Shown: positions 23,701-34,442 of the stretch, one piece after another
Layout: every line of letters begins with the position of its first letter
How positions within the stretch are numbered: the stretch's first letter is position 1
Assembly (NCBI RefSeq): GCF_000143415.4
Contig: NW_003314374.1
Span: 414,030-478,029 of the forward strand
DNA length: 64,000 bases
Source of the DNA: Selaginella moellendorffii
Taxonomy: Eukaryota > Plantae > Lycopodiophyta
Reading direction: 5' to 3'
Translations under genes and position numbers: made by a program
Notes under the pieces: generated by a model
What the model was told of the DNA's origin: nothing
Databases searched by the model: none
What the model saw: only the letters and a program-made list of their open reading frames with translations

Positions 23701-26457
23701 TGGGAAAAGAAAGTACACCTTCCTATAGCGCAGCCAAAGGGATCTGAGCAACGAACCGAAAAGGCAGAAAATGGCAATGGAGGTTCGAATGGTTTCGACA
23801 GTTGCTTGTTGCAAGAGGAGGTGCTGTCAACATGCTGATTGGGATGCTATTGAAGAGGAGAGAGCAAGATACAAGACATTTTCCTGGAAGGCAGCTCGCA
23901 ATTTTGTGTATGAGGCATTACAGTCATCTGTTGATGCTTAAGAACATCAGGTGGGGGGCATGGTCTTCCAGAGGGGTTTGGTCTGCATGAAGGCATGGAG
24001 AATCATTTATGGAGTCCCTCGAACCACATTCTACAGAATCAAAACTGAGTTCGAGGAACAAAGGGTTCAACAGGCAGTCCATGGGAACGACGGTACGCAC
24101 AAAACCAGGGGTCATGTTGTATATGGAGAGGCAATCTTCAAGAGGTTTGTCGAGACATGTAGCGAGCAGCAACCACATAAAACCCGCCTCTTGGAAGATG
24201 GAACACGAGACACCCAACGAGTTCTCCCTTCCATGTATACCAAGGGGGCCATATTGGAAGATGTGAATCAGGAACTCCAGAGTAATGGCTACAGGAAGCT
24301 GAGCCAATCTAGATTTAGTAGATTGTGGAGCAACAGGTTCAGGGATGTGAGTATAGGAAAGTACTCCAGCTTTTCAAAGTGTGACGAGTGCACTGCTATC
24401 AAAATGGCTTTGTCGAAGAATTCTTGCAGCGCTCAAGAGCGAGAGACGTTGGTTAGAAGGCGGCTCAACCACAACATCGAGCAGAGAAGCTGTAGGACTG
24501 CATATTATCATAACAGGATTCTCTCCATGGAGAGACCTGACTCTTACCTCTTCATCATCCACGACAAAATGGACCAGAAAAAGACTTGCTTACCTCGACT
24601 CAATCCTACCCCCAAGGCAATCTCTTCATCCATGCAGCTGCCTGTGTCTCTGTTTGGCATAATCGCTCATGGGCATGGTGCCCAGAACTATGGGAACTTC
24701 TTTGTACCTCTATGGGGTGGCGGGGGTGCAAACATGATGATTGCGTCCCTAGCAAAACACTTAAGGTCTCTGCAAAGTGCGCAGACTGAGCTGAACGGCC
24801 AACCCTTGCATAAGGCCCTTGTCGATCGAACCCCATACAGGGTTCAGCTAGAGGAGGAGCAAAGGCTTGCAGTATCACGTGGGGCCCCATGCCATCCCAG
24901 TGAATATGTTGGCCGTTAGATTGTAGGGTTATCACGTGAGGCCTCATGCCATTCCGACGAGGCTGGTCGCCCGGTGAATGCACAGCCTCATCCAAACGAA
25001 GCAGAATCTCAAGGAAGTTCTTGCGGCCGATGTGGCCTTCCACCCCATCTTCTGCTCCAAACAGACAATGCTGGCAGTGAGAACAAAAACATATACGTCT
25101 TCACGTACTTGGCGATGCTTGTTGCTAAAGGCATATTTGAAATGGTTACACTTGGCTTTCTCATGGTTGGGCACACTCATGAAGACGTCGATGCCATGTT
25201 CAGTCACCTGGCAAAGTCCCTCCGGCGATCCAATGTCCTCACCCTCCCACAACTCTACGATGAATTCCAAAATTGCATCAAAGGCACTGTTGAAGCTGCA
25301 CTTGTGACAGAGGTTCCAGACTTTAAGGGGTTTGTGAGAGGCTACATCAAGGACGGATCCGAAACGCTGATTGGCCACTCCAAGCCTCTTCAGTTTCATT
25401 TCAGCATGCGTGACGGTGCTCTAGTGATGAGGTACAAGATGAGAGAATGGGACACAGTGTGGCTGCCAGTGGATGGCATTGAACTCTTCAAGAGAAATCC
25501 CATAACTGGGGAACCTATGATTCCTCAGGGTTCCCCACGGCCGATGCACCCGGATGGACTCAAAGACCAGGAAAGTATAGTGGCCGGGATTAGACAGCAT
25601 ATTGCCTTCTGGAAGAGGGGGTTGGTGTTTGGTGGAGAATCCTATTTTAAGAGGTGCAAGCCTTTGCTCGAATACTGGGAGAAGATTATATCTGCTATCC
25701 AAAATGGGCCGGTTGTATATGAAGAATTGGAAGAGTCCTTTTGGCCAGAACCCAGAGCACTAGATAGTAGCAGAACAATGTCCTTTGGAAATGCAGTGAC
25801 AGATAACGATGTTGAGGATCACTATTGTGGGCTGAGGAACAAGAAGCCAGATTCAGCATTCAATCCAATACAGGTCTGCAAAGGAATGGTCGTGCTTGTC
25901 AGACCCAGTAATAAAAAACAAATGATATGGGTGGGGCGCTACATCACTGATGCAGAGGAGGACGCGGAAACTAACTCCTTCAATGTAACTGTGGAGTGGT
26001 TCAAGCCAAATTCCAGATATACGAAGGATTGCCTAGAAAAGAGATGGGTGCTGAATCCAAGGGATCCCAGCATGAGCATATCGGTGGATAATGTTGTGCA
26101 TGGTTGGATGTGGAAGTAGAGTGCCACCATCACCTTGCCAGACCATGCAAGAGATGCAGCAAGAGCATTCATAACCCGGGTTCAAGGTGAGATTCATTAA
26201 TATTCCTTTACTAAGTTTCTAATGTATTTTATTTCAAGATGAACAATCCGAATCTGAATCAGAGGAGGCGTGATGGCATGGCGTGATGGCGTGAGGCATG
26301 AGGCGTGACACCAAAAAGGAGGTGTCCACTAGCGCTTAGGCTTATAATGGCGTGTGCCCTCATGCCATTTACTTGATCACCAAATACCTTTTTCCCTTTG
26401 CACTAGTATATCTTAATACCAGTCTGAGAAATAGAATGGCATGTGCCCTCAGGCCTT
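16014..26457. repeat. Dispersed 22-bp imperfect palindrome ATGGCRTGWGGCCWCAYGCCAT, about 18 clear copies plus half-sites
   Basis: Copies start at about 16014, 16089 (perfect palindrome), 17306, 17497, 17638, 19133, 20407, 20467, 20544, 21326, 22254, 22869, 22967, 23037, 24874, 24931, 26347, 26436. Half-site cluster at 26266-26307. Confidence 0.9.
23132..26190 (+). pseudogene. Sola-like DDD transposase with nonsense mutations
   Basis: One reading frame from ATG 23132 through isolated stops, with a 90-bp phase-0 intron at 24872-24961. Motifs VCMKAWRIIYGV, FSKCDEC, IHDKMDQ, LQTDNAGSENKN, FLMVGHTHEDVDAMFS give a D..D..D triad of the kind seen in Sola-type transposases. Confidence 0.8.
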
Positions 26458-26999
26458 TTACTAAATCACTTTTGAAAGAAATGCAAGCCTCTATGTCGTA
26501 AAAAAAAGGTACTAGAGAAATTCCTTAATAATATGAATGTTATTTAGTTTCATGAAAATACACTAAGGGTCAAATGAGTTAAATGACTTCTCTAGACTAG
26601 CAATGCCTCTTGCTACACCTTCACAATTAGATTCGTTAGAAAAAGATAACATTGAATAATATCTAAATGTTCTCACCATTAAGTTATATGTCTGGCTAAT
26701 AGGAATGACGTTCATCTTGGAAAGCTCACCACACGCTCAATGAACAAACAAATAGTGTGTGCGCGCATGCCATCGCTCTTCTTTAGCTTCAGATTCGGCT
26801 TGTTCACCTTGACAATGAGATTTATTATACAACCAGATGGACTCAGTCTGGACACAAAGTCACCGCGCTAGTCACCATGCCCCAGATATGTCTAGCCCCT
26901 GGACAAAAAACATATAATTTCACGTCATTTTCAAATACTTGAAAATTTGTACCTAGTCCCATTTTACTGAATAAATCCCATTTTAACGAAATAGAGCTT

Positions 27000-27618
27000 C
27001 CATTCAAATACTCCTGAATGGTTCCAATCTGCTTCAGCCTACTCAGCTCATCCCTTAGATGTAGAGTAGCATTTGGAGGAACGTAAGTTGCGCGGATCCT
27101 CGCCTTCATCATTTCCCAAGTGGCCACCGGTCCTTCGTTGGCCTCACTATCATTCTCCACCAAGACTTGGCATTATTTGCCAAGTATGGTTTTGCACATG
27201 GGACCTTCTCCGAGCTCGGTAACCGCAACGCTCGGAAGTAGTCCTCCATATCGTAAAACCAATCCTCCACCACCTTATAGTCGTTCACCCCCTTGAAGAC
27301 CGGTGGGGGCTTTGGTTTGTACTTGGGAACTCCCTGAGGGACTGATTCCACTTCGGTGTATTCGACCTTGTCTGGTTTTGCCTCAGTCCCTGCCGAAGGG
27401 TCCACACCTTCTGCACTACCAACATCTGCAGTCTTTCGCTTTTTCTTCCGCTTCTCGTCACGCTTTAGCTTGCGTACGAGAGTCTTTAGCAGGGCATTGG
27501 TCTGTGCCAATTGTCCTTCTAGAACGTCCAGTCGAGCCTTGGACAACCGAACCTCGCCACCGGACTCCTGTTTGGAAGTTTCCTCACTAGAGTCCTCATG
27601 CAAGGATTCCTCATCCAT
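27000..27618 (-). pseudogene. gag N-terminal part of the chromovirus
   Basis: PKPPPVFKGVNDYKVVEDWFYDMEDYF..AKSWW..TWEMMKARIRATYVP..LKQIGTIQEY; joins in frame to 14555 once the insertion is removed. Confidence 0.9.
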
Positions 27619-27757
27619 AGCCTCTTGTTCGACCGGAGGCTCCAGCTTTGGCAGAGGTTCTATCTCTGCCTGGGTTCACTTACGCCCTGCCTTTGCCATC
27701 TCCCAGCAATCCGCTTCTATCCTTCGCTAGAACTGAGGAAAAGGCTCTGATACCAAA

Positions 27758-28541
27758 TCTAAGCCACAAATTTCCTNNNNNNNNNNNNNNNNNNNNNNNN
27801 NNNNNNNNNNNNNNNNNNNNNNNNNNNNNNNNNNNNNNNNNNNNNNNNNNNNNNNNNNNNNNNNNNNNNNNNNNNNGGGGCCCCCCCCCCCCAGAGGGGG
27901 GGGCCCCCCCAATGGGTTTCCTTTTGGGGAGGGGGGGTTTTTTTGAACCCCCCCCGGGGGGGCCCCCCCGGGCCCCCCCCAAGCCCTTGTTTTTTCCCCC
28001 CCAGGGCCCCTGGGCCCCATTTTAACCCTAAATCTATTTGGGAACCCCCCCAAAAGGGCCCCCCCAGGAGGGGTTGGGGGCCCCCCCCCCCCCCAAAAAA
28101 TTTGGGGAAGCCCGGGGGGCCCCCCCCCCCCCCCCCCCCCCTTGGGAGACGCATGCTTTGGGCTTTCACCCCTTGAGCTGTATTAGTATTTGGACTTAGT
28201 CTCAGAATCGATTTCGGACTCGATCTCGGACCTGACTTCGGACTCAATCTCGGACTCAATTTCAAACTCGATCTCGGACTCAACTTCGGACTCGACCTCG
28301 GACTTAGTCTCGGACCCGATTTGGATCTCGGACTCTGTCTCGAACTCAGTCTCGAACTTGGTCTCGAACTCGGTCTCCGATTCAGCCTCAGCTCGATCCC
28401 GGACTCTATCTCGAACTTGGTCTCTGAGTCGGTCTTGGACTCGATCTTCGACTCGATCCCATCCGATGAACTCTTTGTCATTTCGGTCATGCTTTCGGGG
28501 ATCCTTTAGCATACGACATCTCGGGGAGTCGGTTCCTTACA
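27758..28541 (-). repeat. 5' LTR of the chromovirus (contains a 100-N gap and low-quality sequence)
   Basis: Adjacent PBS; 28140-28541 matches ~9692-10104; TSD ATTAA follows. Confidence 0.85.
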
Positions 28542-29654
28542 ATTAAGTCTCTAAGATATTATTGTCTCTGCCTTTGATATTGGCCATCTATTGATCTTTG
28601 CATTTGGGCTAGTATAGGTAGACTGGCTTCAGCACTTCGTGTGCATGGTGAAATCTCTAGTCATAGGGTAGCTACTGTCGACTGGTCACATAACCCGCCT
28701 CTCTATCAATGTTCCTTATTCCGTTCAAAGGGCGTGACCGTGTAAACAACTTTAACTACCTGTTTACAATAGTCTATCTAAACCTTACCGACAAGTTTGG
28801 TTTCTTTGCTCAAGAGGGTTAGGGCCTCTAGCTTCTCTCTCTATGTCCCTGCAAGCAGGGGCATATCACACTTTTGTAAGTTGGGTGACACCCAGAGCAG
28901 CAAGGGTGGTTAACTCTGTTGGTCATTTCCTTGTCAGCAATGGCCAAAAGGTGTCTAAGTTAGTAGTGTATCCGCATTAGACAATTATTTAAGTTGGTGC
29001 ATTTCTCACATAGTGTGAATACCATGAACTTTTTTCTGGAGTTGTTTCCTTGGTGGTATTCTAAACTCGAGTATGCATTGAAGAGGATGTCAATATTCCC
29101 TAGGGGGGGGAGAGTGTCGCGAATATGACTTCGGGTATCAAAAGTTATTTGTTGGCCAATCCTTATGGACACTCTTTTCTTACTACCACGACGGCAGGAG
29201 GTCGGTATTGCCAGACCCATTATTAGTTCCCACTTGAGTTAGTTGAGAAACTGGTCATTGACCGTGCACTTAAATCGGATAAACATAAGGTAGGAACTCC
29301 TATGTGTTTTTTGTTGAGCATACTTGGCCCGGTTTGAGAAACTCTTGTCATTGGCTTGCACTTGTTAGTATCAAGAACCCTCGTGATATTGAGATTGGTC
29401 CTCAATATTCGTTAAATGATAGCTTACCGTGTCTGCCAAACACCCTCACTATCATGCCCTTTGTGTTAGTTTCATTTTGGTCCCAAATGCTATTTATGGA
29501 AAGTGTCTAGATTTGCTCATTTGGCATATCTATGAAATGTAGAGATTGTTTTGAACACAATGGTGTTCATCCCATGTCTAAATTCGCATTCTAGCACCAT
29601 TCTATATTTAATAAGTTTCAAACTTGTCCCAGAGACTAACTCTTGATACTAAGG

Positions 29655-29735
29655 GAGGCTTAGGGTGAAAGCCCAAAGCATGTGTTCCTTAAGGGGGGGG
29701 GGGCCTGTGGGGGGTTTCAAAATGTATAGTAGGAA
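29655..29735 (+). repeat. Short degenerate fragment of the family-A/B LTR core
   Basis: AGGGTGAAAGCCCAAAGCATGTG...G-run...AAAATGTATAGT resembles the core shared by both LTR families. Confidence 0.6.
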
Positions 29736-30239
29736 TATTGGGTAGGTCAGGCATGGCTGATTAACCTGAGGCATAGTTTAGCTCTTGCCTACATACCTGT
29801 TCTTGTTCTGCATCCAGCTTGGGTCTAAGCTTAAGCTCTACACCATGCTAGCTGGTGGAGTACCCATAGGCCATCGGTATGCCGAAATAGCACCAAACTC
29901 CATTTGGCTCTGTTTTGCTTGCTAGTCCTGGCATTGGGATGCTGGTTGCTCTAGGACTATTCCAAGTTGCACTGGGCTCCTGTCCCTTTGCTCCTTGGGC
30001 TGTATGCTCAAGAGTTGCTTCGTGGTCCAGTTCTATCACTCCTTGGCTCCATACTTGGGGGTTTGGCATCGTTCCTTTGTTCAGTGGCCCAAGGCCCTGA
30101 ACCTCGGGTTCCACAGTACTGTCCTTTGGACATGTGGCATGTGACACATGGCATATAAAGGGTTTAGGTTCTGCTTTGTGGTGTTATCCTATGGTAAATC
30201 ACCATAGGATAAAAGGTAAAAACCATGTGCACTACATCT

Positions 30240-31165
30240 AGCCATTTAGCTTTTGCACTTGATCCAAGTGCTCCATATGTCCAATCCCACTATAAACACC
30301 CAAAGGTACCATTGACATATCAACGCGTTACACTAAAGCTATGTCCATTCACCTTTGTCTCATTAATAGTCTAAAACCACCCATACCACAGACTCATCTC
30401 CCAAAGACTAGTTCATTTATCTATAAGTGATCATCCTTAACCATACCTAAACACTCTTTAGATGCCCGGAGACATAAGGAACATCCTTCCTAATATTCCT
30501 TTTTCGGTCCCCATTAAGTCCCACTCCGCTCATGGCAGTGCTCACCAACACTACTATTGAGTCAAGACTTAAATGCCTGACCACTAAGTCCCACTAACCT
30601 CTGGGAGTTCCTCACCATATGACTGTATCTTTAGTTACTACATAACAGAATTGCTCCTCTTTTTTTCCTTAGACTAGAACTTTGGGATAACATTTTGAAA
30701 CACCATAGCCCTACTTAAGCCTTATGGGTACTCTCCCCACCTTCCTCCTTTGGGTGCCTTAGCCATGTGGCTAAAGTAAGGTTCCGATAAGCCATGTTAA
30801 GTATCCAAGTAGGTAGTCCCACCCACACTTGGATTGGGAGCATTGACCATTCAATCTCTCAGGGGAGCTAAAGCTAACTTTTGAATACTTCACTAAGTTA
30901 CTTTACTTGTTCATCTATGTTCACTTTAGCCTTGGACTCTTCAATGGTTATATCATCACCCACCACATGGGTATAACCTTCCTTAGTCTCACTAACCTTT
31001 TCTAGCCAAATTGTTTCCATTTGAGTCCTCCCCCCATTATACTTTTGGAGCTCACCAAACCCCCTCGGGTCTAGGAGATGATCACTTTGGGCTTTCACCC
31101 TTGGACTTGGACTTGGACTTGGACTCAGACTCAGACTCGAACTCAGTCTTGGTTTCAAACTTGGA
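30240..31165 (-). mobile_element. Old, degenerate family-A LTR copy
   Basis: Reverse-complement similarity to ~800-1700, e.g. GGTACCATTGACAT, TATCCAAGTAGGTAGT, CTTTTGGAGCTCACCAAACCCC, TTTGGGCTTTCACCC. Confidence 0.8.
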
Positions 31166-31279
31166 ATTGACTGCCACACGATGCAAATGTAGACGGCAAC
31201 ATGTAGCAATAAATCAAGCAATAGAAGATAAACTTGAGCTTGTATTAACCAACACAGAGAGAATAATAAAATACCTTTT

Positions 31280-33960
31280 GTTATAAAAATGAGCTTGGAA
31301 AGTAAATATTAGATGAACTAGTGCTGAATGAACCCCTTGATGATACTCCCGAAAGAAAGATGGAGGGGTCATTTACTGTTAGCCACAACATTCCGAGCTT
31401 AATCCGCTCCGACATATTTGGCTCCACATGACGTAAAAGGTTTCGGAAACAAATGCCAAATTGCATCACCAACTCAAATAGCCCTTAACGAAGATGATGC
31501 AATTGTTGGAAGGCATTATCACAATCGTCAACATGTCTAAAAGTGCGTTTGAAGACATCTAGGAGAATACTCTAATCCTCACGAGTGGTTGCACTCAAAC
31601 CATTGTACCACTACAGCGTCGTCCCTTAGAAACACGTGGGAAACTCACGCAAACATCAAGCATCATCCCAAGAATGATATGTGGCAATCACTATGAAGTG
31701 ATCAAACCAATGGTACACATCATCCTTAGGATTCCTATGAAATTCATTCATCTTCATAGTAGAGCAATAGTTTCCTTCTTTGACTTTGGAGTAACAATTG
31801 GTACAATTGCTTGATACTATGTGATTGCAATTGAACAATTAAACTCAGTTGATGGCGGCATTCATAACACGTGGTACAGCTTCTTTTGCTCTTGGTGCCA
31901 ATCCTCACGTTCGGCCAGAGTTCTTTGGTGGGAATTCTAGGGATGATATCTACTATTGATTCGATCATTTCACAGTGATTGCCACATATAATTCTTAGGA
32001 TGATGCTCAACATTAGCATGAATTTCCCACGTATCTCCAAGGGACGGTGCTACAATGGTATAATGGTTTAGATATAGTCACTCGTGGGGATTGGAGTATT
32101 CTCTTGGATGTCTTCAAATACGCATTCAGATATATTGACAATTGTGATGATGCCTTCTAACAATTGCATTATCTTTGTCAAGGGCCATTGGAGTCAGTGA
32201 TGCAATTTGGCATTTGTTTTTGATGCCTCTTGCTTCATGTAAAGCCAAATATGTCAAAGAGGATCAAAGTAGGAATGTTGTGGCCAACACTTCATCAAGA
32301 TCTTGTAGGATTTGTGCATGCACTTACTTTAGCCACCCTTAATAATGCTTTTTATTTGACATAACATTATGAGACATTGCCTCTTCCACTTCTTGCTACA
32401 CATCCTTTAGCTCCACTTACTGTGGGAGATAGTCATATTCCAATGGAGGTTGATGCTATTATTGCTCGAGTTCAAAGAAAAGGGCAAAAATATAGTCGTA
32501 GCTGTGATGTTTGTTGTTGGGCGTATGATGAAGTTGGTCACACTTATCAGTGTTGTTGGCGTTTTCCAGATTGGTGGCCTTCATTTCTTAGGTGATGTTG
32601 CAATGGAAAGTCTGGACATTGAGATGCATTTGGGAAATGAGGAGTCACATGAGTAACAAAGGGATCTTTTGCGAATAAGTTAATGATGCTTCTATCTTTT
32701 TTTTGGGAGTATTATCAAGGGGTTTACTTGGCATTAGTTCATCCAGTGTTTACTTTCCAAGCTTGTTTTTATAGTAAATGGTCGTCAAGATCTTGTAAAA
32801 CTTGTGCATGCACTTGCTCTAGCCACCTTTGACACACTTAGCACAACATTATAAAACATCACCTCTTCCACTTCTTGCTACACATCCTTCAGCTCCACTT
32901 CCTATGAGAGATGATCCTGTTCCAATGGAAGTTGATGCTATTACTACTCAAATTCAAAGACAAAAGCGAGGACTTAGTCGTGGCCGTGATATTCACTGTT
33001 GGGTGTGTGATGAAGTTGGTCACACTTATCAGCATTGTTGTAGTGCATTTTATCTCTTTCCCTTTAAGCCAACTGGAAAAGGGGCAATTGCTTGATGAAA
33101 GAGCCTTTAGTGGCTATTTTATCCCTATTTATCCCCCAAGGTTCCAAGGATCCACAGTGACAATATATCCAAATCTCATCCCATGATCACATGTGCTACA
33201 CTCACCCCCCCTCATGTGAGTGTAACACACCCCCCCTTCAGAGATGTTAATGTCTTCATTGACTACTATTCCATGTGAGACAACTAATCATTCACCCGTA
33301 TTGCAGTCCCACGGTGGATACCTTCATTCGTGGATACTCCACACAAAAGGAAGGACGTACGCATGGATGCCCAATACGTACGATTTCAAATTTAGGGGTA
33401 GGAATATACCTTGCTCGAGGGTATATTATATTTTTAAGTAGCCACCTGGATACTCCACACAAGAGGAAGGATGTACGCATGGATGCCCAATACGTATGAT
33501 TTCAAATTTAGGGTAGGAATATACCCAATACGTACGATTTCAAATTTAGGGGTAGGAATATACCTTGCTCAAGGGTATATTATATTTTTAAATAGCCACT
33601 AATCAATAGGAATTGAACCCGTGCCATTTTCTCTGATACCAACTGTAGCACACCTTATCTCTCTCCCCTTAAGCCAACTGGAAAAGGGGCAATTGCTTGA
33701 CGAGAGAACCCTTAGTGGCTATTTTATCCCTATTTATCCCCCAAGGTTCTAAGGATCCATAATGACAATATATTCAAATTTCATCCCATGATCATATGTG
33801 TTACAGTTGTCGGTATTTTCCAAATTGGGAACCTCCATTTCTTGGGTGGAGACATTAGCGTCAACAATGTCTTATTAGTGTTGTTACATGGGAGGTTTGG
33901 ATACTGAGATGCATCTGGAAAATGAAAAGTCACATAAGTAATGGAGGGACTTTTCATGGT
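31280..33960. pseudogene. Highly decayed gag-like fragments in inverted and direct duplications
   Basis: Remnants PKDDVYHWFDHF..WDDA and (V/I)PMEVDAI...CW.C.EVGH. ~31380-31740 is inverted against ~31930-32285; ~32295-32660 is directly repeated at ~32784-33038 plus 33806-33940. Confidence 0.65.
33039..33805 (-). mobile_element. TRIM (terminal-repeat retrotransposon in miniature)
   Basis: 162-bp LTRs at 33039-33200 and 33644-33805 (TGTAG...TACA). PBS TGGTATCAGAG at 33631-33641 (minus), PPT GGGGGGGTGAG next to 33200. TSD ATTGT/GTTGT. Internal ~117-bp tandem duplication. Confidence 0.9.
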
Positions 33961-34442
33961 CAATAAATATTCTCAGCTAAATTTAATGTTATAGATTTTT
34001 TATTTATTTATATTTTTGATATAAATAAATACTTATATCTAATTGATATCAGATTTGATCATTCATATGGACCAAAATTATATAATATGTTAAATAATGT
34101 TAAATAAATTAAGATTTTGAAGAAGAAAATCAAAACACTTAAATAAAATAAATTAATAATTCATTTTATATTTATTTTGAAATAAAACATCTTTGAAAGT
34201 AATGTTTGATATTTTTTTTAAAGTTAAGCATCTAGGCTATAAATAAATATAACATAGATTTCGTTTAATTAGAATATACTTCAGGATTTAAAATATAAAT
34301 ATTCTTAAGATATGCAAAATTATGAAAGAGTAGCTAGAAATTCTTTAGTAGGCCAAACCTCCTAGAGGAGCACTAGTAACCGGAACACTGTTCCAAACTA
34401 AAATCCTCAATATTGTGAGAAGTTCATTTGGAATGCAGTGAG

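Larger units (their letters stand above)
14556..26999 (+). mobile_element. 12.4-kb cut-and-paste DNA transposon, Sola-like
   Basis: TIRs AAGCTCTATTTCGTTAAAGTGGGA (from 14556) and TCCCATTTTAACGAAATAGAGCTT (to 26999). 4-bp TSD CCAT at 14552-14555 and 27000-27003. Removing it restores the gag frame (IGTIQEYLNG-FMAKRILVTNM). Contains a DDD transposase gene. Confidence 0.92.
8949..28541 (-). mobile_element. Ty3/gypsy chromovirus LTR retrotransposon (family B), decayed, with a nested DNA transposon in gag
   Basis: LTRs at 8949-10104 and 27758-28541 (the latter with an N gap). TSD ATTAA at 8944-8948 and 28542-28546. Perfect PBS TGGTATCAGAGC at 27744-27755 (minus), PPT GGGTGGTGGAGT at 10105-10116 (minus). 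Domain order gag-PR-RT-RH-IN-chromo. Confidence 0.95.

Noticed and set aside
12033-26119. U-to-C RNA editing or stop readthrough as the explanation for in-frame stops
   Set aside because: Such editing is organellar in plants; these are nuclear TEs that also carry frameshifts, so mutational decay is simpler.
16014-26457. Palindromes as CRISPR repeats, MITEs or miRNA hairpins
   Set aside because: Spacing is irregular (tens of bp to kb), there are no individual TSDs, and 22 bp is too short for a pre-miRNA.
27777-28140. Extreme G/C homopolymer region suggesting G-quadruplexes or a Gly/Pro-rich ORF
   Set aside because: It abuts a 100-N gap and is a garbled version of LTR sequence ~9420-9690 beyond a poly-C run; most likely low-quality read sequence.
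33960-34340. Very AT-rich tract (also ~60900-62050)
   Set aside because: No TIR, hairpin end or other defining structure that I could support.
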